DNA of 48,601 bases from Methanobacteriota archaeon (GCA_002730775.1 PCAW01000037.1:1-48601), one strand, 5' to 3'; shown: positions 8,749-18,911, counted from the stretch's first letter. Made by a program: numbers and translations. The notes: generated from the letters alone by a model not told the origin.

Positions 8749-9066
8749 TTACTCACCTTTAACCCAATTAGAGTATTCATCCGTGGATTCTACCGCCCAA
8801 TATAATATTTCAGGGACATCGTAAGGATGTTCTGATTTTATCTTATGAATCAATTTTTTAATCTTAGATTTGGTAGTTTTAAGTTGTATCAGCCATTCTG
8901 ATTCACTCGTTATTTCTTCCCTCCAGCGATATATCGATCTTCCTCTATTTACTTGTACACAAGCAGAGAGTTTTGAATCTATAATAGACTGAGCCCAAAT
9001 CCCAACTTCTGCATCATTAAGGTCGCCACTAAGAGATGTTTGAACTATGAATAGCGTGTCAACCAT
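8749..9066 (-). CDS. cutA: divalent-cation tolerance protein CutA
   Basis: LSACVQVNRGRSIYRWREEI...EWLIQLKT...HPYDVPEI matches the CutA1 signature. 105 aa from the ATG at 9066. The ORF-track extension to 9162 would overlap the divergent GGR start. Confidence 0.8.
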   Translation of the reverse strand: MVDTLFIVQTSLSGDLNDAEVGIWAQSIIDSKLSACVQVNRGRSIYRWREEITSESEWLIQLKTTKSKIKKLIHKIKSEHPYDVPEILYWAVESTDEYSNWVKGE

Positions 9067-9147
9067 GGACAATCCTAGACGGGTTTCCAATATAGCCTGT
9101 GGCATATATTCAATGCCTGTGTATGCTTCCGAAGTTTCGGCGATAAG

Positions 9148-10524
9148 ATGGGGGCGTGGCAAAAACCTATTGATTCTGGCGGAATTCCTGATTCAGAGAC
9201 TCATTTTGATGTTATTGTTGTAGGAGGCGGTCCTGGAGGCTCGGCTGCAGCTGCTTACAACGCTTTGAACGGTTGTAAAGTTCTTTTATTGGAAAAAGAA
9301 ATTTGGCCTAGAGATAAGATATGTGGAGATGCGGTTGGAGGTAAATCGCTATCTCATGTAAAAGAATTAGGAGTCTTAGATATGATTGAGTCGACTCCTC
9401 ATTATGTAGTGGATTCTATCGTTTTCGGCAGTGCAAATGGTTCTGAAGTCAGAGTCATGCTGCCAAAGGAGTCCTATGAAAAAATGGGTTTACAATCTGG
9501 TTATGCATTGCCTAGAATGCAATTTGATTACATGATGTTTCAAAGAGGCCAAGAAATAGTTAGAGAAAATGGAGGATCTGTAATACAGGGTTTTTCTGTA
9601 CATGAAATAATATTTGAAAAAGAAAATGGTGTTCACAAAATAAAGGGCGTAAAGGGGAGTGTTGGAGGGAGAAAATCAGGTAATGAAGAATTAACATTCA
9701 CCTCTGCAGTCACAATCGGAGCTGGTGGTTACAATTGCCCGGTATCGAGAGTAATTACTGAATTGCATAATGAGCCACATAGAGACGATGATCATTTCTG
9801 TGGAGGCTATCGAGAATATTGGGATGATGTTGGAGGATTGGGAGGTGATGAGGGCCCGATTGAAATACACTTTATTGACGAAGTTTTACCGGGTTACTTC
9901 TGGCTTTTCCCCGTACAAGGAAATAGAGTTAACGTAGGGATTGGGATGTTAATTTCTGAACATAGAAAACTGAAAAAAGATAGAAAGAAATCTCTCAAGA
10001 AAATACAAAAATGGGTAATTAAAGAACATCCGCGATTTAAGGAAAGATTTGCGAATGCCACATTAGTTCCGGGTTCTGAAAAGGGGTGGCAATTACCGTT
10101 TGGTTCTCCGAGAAAGGATGCTCCCTCATATCAACCAAGGAGAGTGGCGATGGCGGGCGCTATGTGCGTAGGAGATTCTGCAAGCTTAGTGGATCCATTT
10201 AGTGGTGAAGGTATTGGTAACGCATTACTATCTGCAAAAATGACTTCAAAACATTTCGATAAAAATCTGCATGCAAATGGATTCCCGGAAGAAGGTGCTA
10301 AAGAATATATGATTGATTTATGGGGTGCATTGGGCTCTGAATTAAAAAATTCTAAGACTTTACAACAGGTTATGAAATGGAAAGTGCTTACCAATTGGTT
10401 TGTCAAGAAGGCATCAAAGAAAGAAGAGTTAGGAAAAATGATGTCGGAAATGATTGCCAGTAAAGAATCGCAAAAAATGCTTTGGAGTCCTTGGTTTTTA
10501 ATGAAAACATTATTATTACCATGA
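9148..10524 (+). CDS. geranylgeranyl reductase family flavoprotein (archaeal lipid/isoprenoid saturase)
   Basis: FAD dinucleotide fold FDVIVVGGGPGGSAAA, LLEKE...CGDAVGG, and GDSASLVDPFSGEGIGNAL (GDxxxxxxPxxGxGI). Confidence 0.8.
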   Translation: MGAWQKPIDSGGIPDSETHFDVIVVGGGPGGSAAAAYNALNGCKVLLLEKEIWPRDKICGDAVGGKSLSHVKELGVLDMIESTPHYVVDSIVFGSANGSEVRVMLPKESYEKMGLQSGYALPRMQFDYMMFQRGQEIVRENGGSVIQGFSVHEIIFEKENGVHKIKGVKGSVGGRKSGNEELTFTSAVTIGAGGYNCPVSRVITELHNEPHRDDDHFCGGYREYWDDVGGLGGDEGPIEIHFIDEVLPGYFWLFPVQGNRVNVGIGMLISEHRKLKKDRKKSLKKIQKWVIKEHPRFKERFANATLVPGSEKGWQLPFGSPRKDAPSYQPRRVAMAGAMCVGDSASLVDPFSGEGIGNALLSAKMTSKHFDKNLHANGFPEEGAKEYMIDLWGALGSELKNSKTLQQVMKWKVLTNWFVKKASKKEELGKMMSEMIASKESQKMLWSPWFLMKTLLLP

Positions 10525-10534
10525 GGTTATATTT

Positions 10535-11320
10535 ATGCAAAATTTAACCCGTAATTTAGATGGGATTGAAGCAGTTTTCTTAGATTTAGATGGAACTATT
10601 TACATGGGAGATAATCTAATTAAAGGCGCTGTGAATTTTCTAAATCGGATAGAAGAAAAAGGGATTAGAAGATTCTTTTTATCCAATAACTCAAGCAAAT
10701 CAGTAAAGCAATATTTATCCAAACTAGAAAATTTAGGAGTGCCAGCTAAGGAAGAAGATATATTATTATCGACTCATGATTTATTGGCATGGCTTTCCTC
10801 AAATAATATTTCTGAAACCTACCTAGTAGGCACTGTTGGAATGAAAGAAATGCTAGAATCTGCGGGCGTTAATACATCTTCTAATGATCCCCAATATGTT
10901 GTTCTAGGTTACGACACTGAAATAACTTATCAGAAATTGACTCAAGCCTCGATTAATTTGCATAAGGGAGTGCCTTTGGTTGTCAGTCATCCAGATATGG
11001 TTTGCCCCTCACCAAATGGTGGCTTACCAGATACTGGAGCATATCTTGCATTGTTTGAAGCGACTACCGGCGTTAAACCCGAACATATTTGTGGGAAGCC
11101 AAATCCAGGAATGATTCTGCATAAAATACACGAATTAGGCATTGATCCGAAAAGCTGCGCAATGGTTGGCGATAGGCTCTACACTGATATGGAAATGGCT
11201 GAAAGATCGGGCGTTCATGGTATTTTGGTGTTATCTGGAGAAGCTACATTAGAAGATGCTAGGGCAGCGAACCAAAAACCGAGTTTGATTGTGGAATCAG
11301 TTGCAGAATTGTGTTTATGA
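10535..11320 (+). CDS. HAD-superfamily subfamily IIA phosphatase (NagD-like)
   Basis: Motif I FLDLDGTIY, SNNS, GKPNP, VGDRLYTDM. GAGGT SD 8 nt upstream of the ATG. Confidence 0.8.
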   Translation: MQNLTRNLDGIEAVFLDLDGTIYMGDNLIKGAVNFLNRIEEKGIRRFFLSNNSSKSVKQYLSKLENLGVPAKEEDILLSTHDLLAWLSSNNISETYLVGTVGMKEMLESAGVNTSSNDPQYVVLGYDTEITYQKLTQASINLHKGVPLVVSHPDMVCPSPNGGLPDTGAYLALFEATTGVKPEHICGKPNPGMILHKIHELGIDPKSCAMVGDRLYTDMEMAERSGVHGILVLSGEATLEDARAANQKPSLIVESVAELCL

Positions 11321-11321
11321 T

Positions 11322-11349
11322 GAATTTCTTCACAGAGAAATTTCGTTTT
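11322..11349 (+). terminator. hairpin plus T-run after HAD gene
   Basis: GAATTTCT-tcacag-AGAAATTT (8 bp including one G-U) at 11322-11343, followed by TTTT at 11346-11349, immediately after the stop at 11318-11320. Confidence 0.3.
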
Positions 11350-11366
11350 ATCATGTGTACTTGTTG

Positions 11367-11376
11367 TTTTAATAAT
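11367..11376 (+). promoter_or_regulatory. TATA-like box upstream of MMPL gene
   Basis: TTTTAATAAT is centred about 25 nt upstream of the ATG at 11396 and no SD is present, consistent with a leaderless archaeal transcript. Confidence 0.3.
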
Positions 11377-11395
11377 AAAAGTCATTCGGGCCTCC

Positions 11396-13729
11396 ATGGA
11401 AGGAACGACTGACCCGTCAGTTTTAGAAGATAGATTATACTACAAAATTGGTAGTTTTGTTTATGATAATGCCAAGGTTGTATTAGTTACTACTTTACTG
11501 TTAGGAGTTGGTCTCGCGGGATTAATGACTTTGGAGCCTAAATATATCGAAGGTTTTGGCGAAGGAGATTTGGAATCTGTTCACGGATGGGATGCTATCG
11601 CAACTGGATTTTCTGATGAAAATGAAAGTTCTTATGAGGTTTTTTATGTTCTCTTCCATCACCCAAGCGGAAACTCTAGTGATGTAGAAATTAGAACCGC
11701 GATGGAAGAAACCGTTAGAGTGTTTCAAACTAACGAAGATGTTACAATAGATTATCCTTGGTTCACTAATGAGGCAAATAAGTCGAATCTGATCAGTACC
11801 ATTGATGAGTCTTGGTCTAGAATACGCGTACAATTCAACTTGGATAGAGAGGAATCAAAGGTTTTGCTAAAGGAAACTATTGAAGATTTGGAGTTACCAG
11901 AAAATACTCCTGAGGGAATGGAAAAATGGGTAACTGGAAACTTGGCTATCGACGTTGTATTTGACTTAACTCTTGAAGATGAATTAATCAAAGCGGAATT
12001 AATCTCTGCTCCTCTTACCTTACTTATTTTACTACTAGTGTTTGGAAGTCTTGTTGCTGCGGGTTTGCCTGTTCTGACTGGAATTTACACAGTGATTGCG
12101 GCTGTAGGTATAGTTACTGGACTAACTTATATTTTTGACGATATCACGATTTATGCAAATAATATTGTATCATTACTAGGTATTGGATTAAGTGTAGATT
12201 ATTCATTATTCATAGTTAATCGATTCAGAGAGGAGTTGCGTAGAGGTAGAGACCATAAAACGGCTATTGCAATGACTAGTGCTACTGCAGGTAGGGCTAT
12301 TTTCTTCTCTGCAATGACTGTGATGGTTGGATTGATGGGTATGTTGTTTTTCGAAAATACTGGTTTGCCATCACTAGGTTGGGGCGGTATATGTGCCACC
12401 CTTGTTGCTTTGGTTTCATCAGTAGTTCTTTTACCAGCTATATTATCCTTATTAGGAGATAGAATAAACTCATTCAAAGTTCCTTTCTCAATGACAGATA
12501 CGAACAAGGAAGACGGTTTTTGGTCATGGATTGCTGAAGGCGTAATGAAGCGTCCTTTATCCGTACTAATCCCAGCAGTGATGGTTCTACTAATCGCTGG
12601 TTCTCCTTTTCTCCAAGCAGATTGGGGCATAACTACGTACAAGGCTTTGAGTCCGGATGATGAATCAAGGAACGGTTTAGAATTAACAGATGTTTATTGG
12701 CCAGAAAATGTTGGGAATACTGCTCAGATTGTATTTGAAATTGAAGAAAATATTGATCCTTTCTCAGAAGAAAATATTCGTAACTTGTACAATTTTTCAA
12801 AGGAAATTATGACTATCGAACATACTAGTTATGTTTACACGTATGCACATTTTGATTCATCGATGAATCAAGACGAAGTAATTGCCTTTTGGGATGACTC
12901 TGAAGACGAAAACTTGACTTCTGAAGAAAAATATAATCTAGATTTAAAAAGGAATTTTCATATTGAAAGTTCTGTAGGAAATAATGTAATTTTAGTGATT
13001 GTTGGAATAGAGGGTGAACAATCTAGTGAAGATTCTAGAGATGTTGTAAGAAGTATTCGATCTTTAGAAAGTAAAAATGATCAGTTTGGTAGCCAAAGTA
13101 CTGTTAATGTTGCTGGTATTGCAGCTTACAATCAAGATATTTTAGAAGCGGTGGCAGAAAATATGCCGATTGCTTTGGTATTTATTCTGATCTCGAGTTA
13201 TATACTTATTTTCTTACAAGTTAGATCGGTGGTTTTGCCACTAAAGGCACTAGTAATGAATGTATTATCAGTCAGTGCTTCGTTCGGAGTATTGGTATGG
13301 ATTTTTCAATATGGTAATGGGGCTGAATTATTAAATTTCACACCTCAACCGATAGATCCAACAACTCCAGTAATGATTTTTGCAATTTTATTCGGATTGA
13401 GTATGGATTATGAAGTTTTGATGCTATCAAGAATTCACGAAGAATGGGAGCGAACCAAGGATAATACAAAGGCTGTTGCGGTCGGATTACAAAAGAGTGG
13501 CCGGATAATTACGTCCGCGGCTTTGGTAATGATAACTGTGTTTTCCGCCTTCGGTTTTTCCTCGGTTGTCATAATGAAACAATTCGGCTTTATGCTTGCT
13601 TTGGGTGTTGCTGTTGATGCTAGTATCGTTAGAGCATTGGTCGTTCCATCCACAATGCGATTAATGGGCGACATAAATTGGTGGGCTCCAAGTTGGATAT
13701 CAAAAAATGAGTCTGATGAGGAAGAATAA
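11396..13729 (+). CDS. MMPL/RND-superfamily exporter
   Basis: 777 aa with two 6-TM bundles separated by large soluble loops. SVDYSLFIVNRFREEL and GLSMDYEVLMLSRIHEE are the duplicated MMPL signatures. Confidence 0.8.
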   Translation: MEGTTDPSVLEDRLYYKIGSFVYDNAKVVLVTTLLLGVGLAGLMTLEPKYIEGFGEGDLESVHGWDAIATGFSDENESSYEVFYVLFHHPSGNSSDVEIRTAMEETVRVFQTNEDVTIDYPWFTNEANKSNLISTIDESWSRIRVQFNLDREESKVLLKETIEDLELPENTPEGMEKWVTGNLAIDVVFDLTLEDELIKAELISAPLTLLILLLVFGSLVAAGLPVLTGIYTVIAAVGIVTGLTYIFDDITIYANNIVSLLGIGLSVDYSLFIVNRFREELRRGRDHKTAIAMTSATAGRAIFFSAMTVMVGLMGMLFFENTGLPSLGWGGICATLVALVSSVVLLPAILSLLGDRINSFKVPFSMTDTNKEDGFWSWIAEGVMKRPLSVLIPAVMVLLIAGSPFLQADWGITTYKALSPDDESRNGLELTDVYWPENVGNTAQIVFEIEENIDPFSEENIRNLYNFSKEIMTIEHTSYVYTYAHFDSSMNQDEVIAFWDDSEDENLTSEEKYNLDLKRNFHIESSVGNNVILVIVGIEGEQSSEDSRDVVRSIRSLESKNDQFGSQSTVNVAGIAAYNQDILEAVAENMPIALVFILISSYILIFLQVRSVVLPLKALVMNVLSVSASFGVLVWIFQYGNGAELLNFTPQPIDPTTPVMIFAILFGLSMDYEVLMLSRIHEEWERTKDNTKAVAVGLQKSGRIITSAALVMITVFSAFGFSSVVIMKQFGFMLALGVAVDASIVRALVVPSTMRLMGDINWWAPSWISKNESDEEE

Positions 13730-13767
13730 TTCGTTAAGTCGAAGTGTGTAGGCTCGGATGGGTTTGT

Positions 13768-14802
13768 ATGAATAAGGAATGCGTTGTTGTAACTGGCGCT
13801 AGTGGATATATTGGGAGCCATATTGTGGCGAATCTCTTATTGAAGGGTAAAAAAGTTAGAGCGACAGTTCGAGATTCGCAAGACCATGAACGAGTCAAGC
13901 ACTTGAAAGAAATGGAAGTATCAGAGAATGGTTCGTTAGAAATTGTGGAAATGGATCTTTTTGATGAGGATAGTGTGGACCTTGCAATAAGTGGAGCGAC
14001 GGATGTAATTCATACTGCTGCGGTAGTCATCGTGAGGTCAAAAAATCCACAGGAAAAAATTGTTGATCCAAGTGTAATTGGCACGAAAAATATTATTTCA
14101 GCAATTGAAAAAAGTGGCACTGTTGAAAGATTCGTTCACACATCTTCAACTGCAGCAATTCGTCCACAAGAATGGGAAGATGGTGAAGTCTTGACTACAG
14201 AAACATTTGCGAAAGATGCCACATTAGAACAGAATCCATACGGGTTGGCGAAATATAGTGCTGAAATGGTTGTTAGAGATTGGCATAAACAAAAGAATGA
14301 TGTGAAAAAACCAAGGATGGTTACTATTCATCCTTGTATGGTTTTTGGCCCACCCCTTTCACCAAGACACCTGAGAGGATCTCTTTCAATTATTATGATG
14401 TTAGTCAACAGAGAATTGCCAGTATTACTGCCTATGCAAATCAGCATAGTTGACGTTAGAGATGTTGCTGAAGCTCATGTAAGGGCATTGACGATGGGGA
14501 GAGATGGAGGGAGATATCTGACGGTTGCTGGCGAGATGATGTGGAGCGATATTTCAAAAATTCTAATAAAAGAGTTTCCTGAAAGGAAATGGCCTTTCAG
14601 ACAATTATCTTACTACTTTGCACTGATAGTGTGTGCATTTCATCCGAGAGTGAGTGTTTCTTGGGCAAAAAGACATTTGAAAAATAAATTATATTGGGAT
14701 GCTGCTCCTGCTGAAAAAGATCTGAAAATGGAATGGAGATCTATTGATGCAACATTGGTTGATACGATTCCAAATATTGTAAACAATAATTGGGATAAAT
14801 AA
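13768..14802 (+). CDS. NAD(P)-dependent extended SDR (epimerase/dehydratase; dihydroflavonol/cinnamoyl-CoA reductase-like)
   Basis: VVVTGASGYIGSHIV (TGxxGxxG), HTAA, catalytic YGLAK (YxxxK). ATG at 13768 (the track start at 13744 is GTG). Confidence 0.8.
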   Translation: MNKECVVVTGASGYIGSHIVANLLLKGKKVRATVRDSQDHERVKHLKEMEVSENGSLEIVEMDLFDEDSVDLAISGATDVIHTAAVVIVRSKNPQEKIVDPSVIGTKNIISAIEKSGTVERFVHTSSTAAIRPQEWEDGEVLTTETFAKDATLEQNPYGLAKYSAEMVVRDWHKQKNDVKKPRMVTIHPCMVFGPPLSPRHLRGSLSIIMMLVNRELPVLLPMQISIVDVRDVAEAHVRALTMGRDGGRYLTVAGEMMWSDISKILIKEFPERKWPFRQLSYYFALIVCAFHPRVSVSWAKRHLKNKLYWDAAPAEKDLKMEWRSIDATLVDTIPNIVNNNWDK

Positions 14803-14852
14803 TCACACACTAATACTGTTTATGTTTTATGCTATTGTGAAATCGCGAACAT

Positions 14853-17360
14853 ATGCGCACTCTTACTCAGAATAGGGGTTTGGTGAAATTGAATCAAAAA
14901 TCCGTAGTAGGTATACGACTAAATGCACTGCTAATGGTGGTACTAATCGCTTCCATGTCGGGCTCTATTGCTTATGCAAGCAACAGTACTCAACCCGATA
15001 CATCAAAAATGAGTAAGGAATTAGTTTCTGAATTGGAATCAGTGGACGAAATAGAGGTAATTATTCAATTCACTAGTGAGCAAGATAATTCCGTTTGGCA
15101 GTCTCTGGAAACCATGGGAATCGAAATGATTTCTGAAATGTCTGTGCTAAATGGGGGCCTAATCGTTGGAAAATCAACAGATATCTCTCGGCTTTCTACA
15201 TTTTCAATAGTACAACACATGGAGCTTAACGTCCCTATTGAACATTTTTATCTGCCGGGAGACCAAAATGATACTGAAGCCATGATGCACGAAACTGTAA
15301 GATGGGTGAATGCTAGCTTGGCATGGCATCGTGCAATAATCGGAACCGATGGGGTTCTCAAAACAGAACCCGACCTCTCTCTGAAAGAATATGATGGTGA
15401 GGGCGCCACCGCAGTAGATCTTGATACTGGAATTGATGGTGAGCATCCAGACTTTGATTGTGGAGAGCCATGGACGGGAGAGAAACTAATCTGGTCAGCT
15501 AAATGGACCGGTCTCGCATGGGTAGATGCTCCTAATTGTAATTCAGACACATCCAGCGGGCATGGGACTCACGTTGGCGGGACTATAGCAGGAAATGGTG
15601 ACGCATCGGGCGGTAGAAGGTTAGGTACCGCAAAGGGCGCAACAATAGTTGCACTTGGAACTGGAGATGGAGCATCAATATTTGCAGCCGTAGAAGGGCT
15701 TGAGTGGACTTACCAACACAGTAGACCTGGTTTGAATGACTTCAATATCCGAGTAGTGTCTAATTCTTGGGGTACTAATGGAGATTACAACCCCTCCAAC
15801 GTAGTAACACTGCTTACAGACATGCTGACTTACGAAAATGATGTTGCTGTAATTTTCGCTGCTTCAAATAGTGGAGGAAGCGGCGGAGAGTCAGAAAGTG
15901 ATTTGCGAACAAATGTATACGCGAATACGCCGTCAGCAATATCCGTAGCTGCGCTTACTCACGACGGTAATGCTGTCACCTCTTTTTCGAGTAGAGGTTG
16001 GGATACCCAGCAACATACGTGGCCAGATATTGGAGCACCCGGTAGAGATATTTGGGCAACAGCACCAAGGGCGACTGCGATTGACGCCTCGACAAGGACT
16101 CAGGGCGATCTGTACTACATGGCAATATCAGGTACTAGTATGGCAACGCCACATATTGGAGGAATTGCAACACTTCTCCTAGCGGCTGCACCATCATTAG
16201 GTGCTGCTGATTATCAAATTGAAGATCATGATGAAGGCGAAAGCATGTATTTTGATCAACCTGCAAAGGGTTTGCAATTCGAAGATTGGGCAACTAGGAA
16301 TGAATCAAGAGTACATGAAATCGAATTAATTCTAGAACTCACCTCACATTATGAAATCCTGAGAAACTCATGTGAAGAAGGCAATGATGATGACAATTGC
16401 GATAATATTCCAGAGGATTGCTATCTCTCAGAAAATACAGACAGATGTCATGATTGGAGAGTCGGACACGGCCTCGTCGACACAGATAGAGCTCTAGCAC
16501 TTGCAAGAACTCTTCAGGTTATGCGAGATCCTAATGAAGACGGTTTCTTAGATTATCCAGAAGCTACCGTTTGGGACGCTTACGAACATTATGAGGGGAT
16601 TATGGATACAAGAGGTTTGCAACTCAGCACCGATCAACTTAGACATGCTTGGAAAGGAGAGTGGAGTCATTTCAATAACGGCCCTACTAGCACTTTCGGC
16701 ACATATTCCACCGACGATAGACACTACGTTTGGGTTCCAAACGGAACATATGAAATGCAAATTGCATTCAGTTCTCTGGATTGGGATACTGATACAGCAC
16801 AAATAGCCCAAATTAGACCAAATGTTGATCTTGCCTCCGATGGAAATGATGATGCACAAGGGCAGGGGACTCTAGTTGGTGATACGATTTACGTCGTATT
16901 GGATATCCAGCCAGAGCATTGGAATGCATGGACTGAATTCGATGTGACAGGTACGGCAATATCTCTTCCAGTCACAGGAGTCTTGACGGGTTCAGAATTT
17001 ATGGAGCCGCGAGTACCCTACACATTTGACGTTCTACTCACACTCGATGTTAGCCAAGAATGGACATTTGAAGTTCCATTACGGTTCGATGGATACTCAG
17101 ACTTGGATCCTGCCCCTCCTTCAGATTTCTATGATGAAGATTCTTCATTCGACTTGATTATGGTCAGGCCAATTTACGATGAAAGTAAGATACCTGCATT
17201 TAACGCTGACAATTCACCAATGATTGAAAAATCATCTAACTCAATTTTTATGGCTGGATTTTTGCTTTCGTCTCTTCTCATCATTGTTGTGGCAGCCACT
17301 ATATGGCTGCGGAATAAATCTGATGATGTCTTAGACGCTGTAATTGAAAATGAAGAGTGA
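14853..17360 (+). CDS. secreted subtilisin-like serine protease (peptidase S8) with C-terminal TM anchor
   Basis: Catalytic triad motifs AVDLDTGID, HGTHVGGTIAG, SGTSMATPHIGG, and oxyanion VSNSWG. N-terminal signal peptide (...SIAYA/S). C-terminal helix FLLSSLLIIVVAATIWL. Confidence 0.9.
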   Translation: MRTLTQNRGLVKLNQKSVVGIRLNALLMVVLIASMSGSIAYASNSTQPDTSKMSKELVSELESVDEIEVIIQFTSEQDNSVWQSLETMGIEMISEMSVLNGGLIVGKSTDISRLSTFSIVQHMELNVPIEHFYLPGDQNDTEAMMHETVRWVNASLAWHRAIIGTDGVLKTEPDLSLKEYDGEGATAVDLDTGIDGEHPDFDCGEPWTGEKLIWSAKWTGLAWVDAPNCNSDTSSGHGTHVGGTIAGNGDASGGRRLGTAKGATIVALGTGDGASIFAAVEGLEWTYQHSRPGLNDFNIRVVSNSWGTNGDYNPSNVVTLLTDMLTYENDVAVIFAASNSGGSGGESESDLRTNVYANTPSAISVAALTHDGNAVTSFSSRGWDTQQHTWPDIGAPGRDIWATAPRATAIDASTRTQGDLYYMAISGTSMATPHIGGIATLLLAAAPSLGAADYQIEDHDEGESMYFDQPAKGLQFEDWATRNESRVHEIELILELTSHYEILRNSCEEGNDDDNCDNIPEDCYLSENTDRCHDWRVGHGLVDTDRALALARTLQVMRDPNEDGFLDYPEATVWDAYEHYEGIMDTRGLQLSTDQLRHAWKGEWSHFNNGPTSTFGTYSTDDRHYVWVPNGTYEMQIAFSSLDWDTDTAQIAQIRPNVDLASDGNDDAQGQGTLVGDTIYVVLDIQPEHWNAWTEFDVTGTAISLPVTGVLTGSEFMEPRVPYTFDVLLTLDVSQEWTFEVPLRFDGYSDLDPAPPSDFYDEDSSFDLIMVRPIYDESKIPAFNADNSPMIEKSSNSIFMAGFLLSSLLIIVVAATIWLRNKSDDVLDAVIENEE

Positions 17361-17437
17361 AAAATCATCAGATTCTTGTTTCTTACTGAATATATTATAC
17401 CGTTATTCTGATGTATGTGGTGTACTGACGGTTGTTC

Positions 17438-18910
17438 ATGCGTGCTATAGCCGGCTGTATGATATTGCTTTTTTTGGCACCGATGATTTCTGGATGTTTT
17501 GCTGGTGATACCGTTGAGGAAATTAAAGAGAACAATCCCTTTGATAATCTCTGCCCAAATGGCATTGCTAACAATACGTGGTACCACTATCCCGGGGCTA
17601 TCGATGCCTTGACTTCTCCCCATATAGTAAATGGAACTTCAATTTTACAAGGTGAAAATATTCCTATATGTACAGAGGGGACGTATTATGGAATTGGGTT
17701 TTCCACTTTTGAGCCCACTATTGGGATTACTTCTCAGGATAACATATACATGACTAGTTGGGGTAATGGTGCCGCTGGCGCTACTGCAATTATTCAGTGT
17801 AGCGACCTTTTCGAGATGACTAATGTTTCCGATTATTCATGCCAAGATGTTTACAGTCCTACTTTAATTCCTGTTGGGAATTCTAATGACCCTTATGTTT
17901 ACGTAGACCCTTGGACCGACCGAATAATGAAGTTCGATATGCATGCCTTATTGGGAATGACTGTTGAAACATCGGACGATGAAGGAGAAACATGGTCTCC
18001 GTTGCCTACAGGTGCTTCAGGAACTTCGATTCAGGATCATCAAACAATAGCTTCCTCTCCGTATCCTGCGGTATTACATCCAACAACATGGGTATTCTGT
18101 ATCAATGGTAACTGGCAGTCTCCACTATGCTCATCAAGTTTTGATGGAGGTTTAACTTGGACTCAGCAAGTTCCAGGTGCTCCGCCTAATTGTAACAGCG
18201 GAGGATTGACTGGCCATATGGTAGGAGCCAATGATGGGAACTTCTACAGAGGTAACCCTAGTTGTGATGGAGAGGGTTATTCAATTTACAAATCCACTGA
18301 CGGTGGTTTAACTTGGTCTGAACATGTTCTACCAACAGACGTTACAGGCACTGCAGATACTTGGAATGCCGAAGAAGCACAAGTTTATCCTGATGAAGAA
18401 AACAATGTACATGCAATGTGGATGGGTGTTGATGATTTACCATATTATTCATATTCATTGGATCAGGGAAATTCTTGGAGTGATCCATTGATGATTGCCC
18501 CTCCAGGACTGAATGGTACCGGTTTCCCTGCAGTAGCAGCAGGAGATAGCGGTCGTGTCGCCTTTGCCTATCTTGGAGATACAGGAGGAGATACATGGAA
18601 TGGTTATATTTCAGTTATGACAGACTCATTCAGTGATATGCCGTTGATAACTACTGTCCAAGTGAACGAATTTGGCGACCCGTTGAGTCTGGAAGCTGAA
18701 TGCGGATACAATAGATGCGGAGGATTTGGGGATTTCATAGATATTCTTGTAGATAGTCATGGAAGGGCTTGGTTTGGTCTTTCACATAATATTGGAAATA
18801 ATATACAAGATGAAGGTATTTACGGGACCATGATGATGGGGCCAAGTCTCAGAGGGCCTACAGTACCACTGAATGTATTACCAGAAGGTGGGCCTCAGAC
18901 ATTGGCTTAA
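17438..18910 (+). CDS. BNR/Asp-box repeat beta-propeller protein (sialidase-like fold), probable lipoprotein
   Basis: Four Asp-boxes (SxDxGxTW): SDDEGETWS, SFDGGLTWT, STDGGLTWS, SLDQGNSWS. Signal peptide with lipobox-like MISGC. ATG at 17438 (the track start at 17432 is TTG). Confidence 0.7.
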   Translation: MRAIAGCMILLFLAPMISGCFAGDTVEEIKENNPFDNLCPNGIANNTWYHYPGAIDALTSPHIVNGTSILQGENIPICTEGTYYGIGFSTFEPTIGITSQDNIYMTSWGNGAAGATAIIQCSDLFEMTNVSDYSCQDVYSPTLIPVGNSNDPYVYVDPWTDRIMKFDMHALLGMTVETSDDEGETWSPLPTGASGTSIQDHQTIASSPYPAVLHPTTWVFCINGNWQSPLCSSSFDGGLTWTQQVPGAPPNCNSGGLTGHMVGANDGNFYRGNPSCDGEGYSIYKSTDGGLTWSEHVLPTDVTGTADTWNAEEAQVYPDEENNVHAMWMGVDDLPYYSYSLDQGNSWSDPLMIAPPGLNGTGFPAVAAGDSGRVAFAYLGDTGGDTWNGYISVMTDSFSDMPLITTVQVNEFGDPLSLEAECGYNRCGGFGDFIDILVDSHGRAWFGLSHNIGNNIQDEGIYGTMMMGPSLRGPTVPLNVLPEGGPQTLA

Positions 18911-18911
18911 T

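Noticed and set aside
17244-17357. PGF-CTERM/archaeosortase-like sorting signal at the protease C-terminus (MAGF plus TM plus RNK).
   Set aside because: The Pro of PGF is missing and no Thr/Ser-rich linker precedes it. A 14-aa acidic tail follows the basic residues, unlike known PGF-CTERM signals. I treated it as a plain TM anchor.
17349-17427. Possible C/D-box sRNA: AUGAAGA, CUGA, CUGAUGU and CUGA in the protease/BNR spacer.
   Set aside because: The C box has a mismatch and lies inside the protease ORF. The D'-C' spacing is about 18 nt and the C'-D guide about 10 nt, which does not fit the roughly 12-nt archaeal guide geometry. No terminal stem is present.
17174-17623. 149-aa minus-strand ORF bridging the protease 3' end and the BNR gene 5' end.
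   Set aside because: It overlaps two well-supported plus-strand genes, including their signal and anchor regions. There is no motif and no sensible start context.
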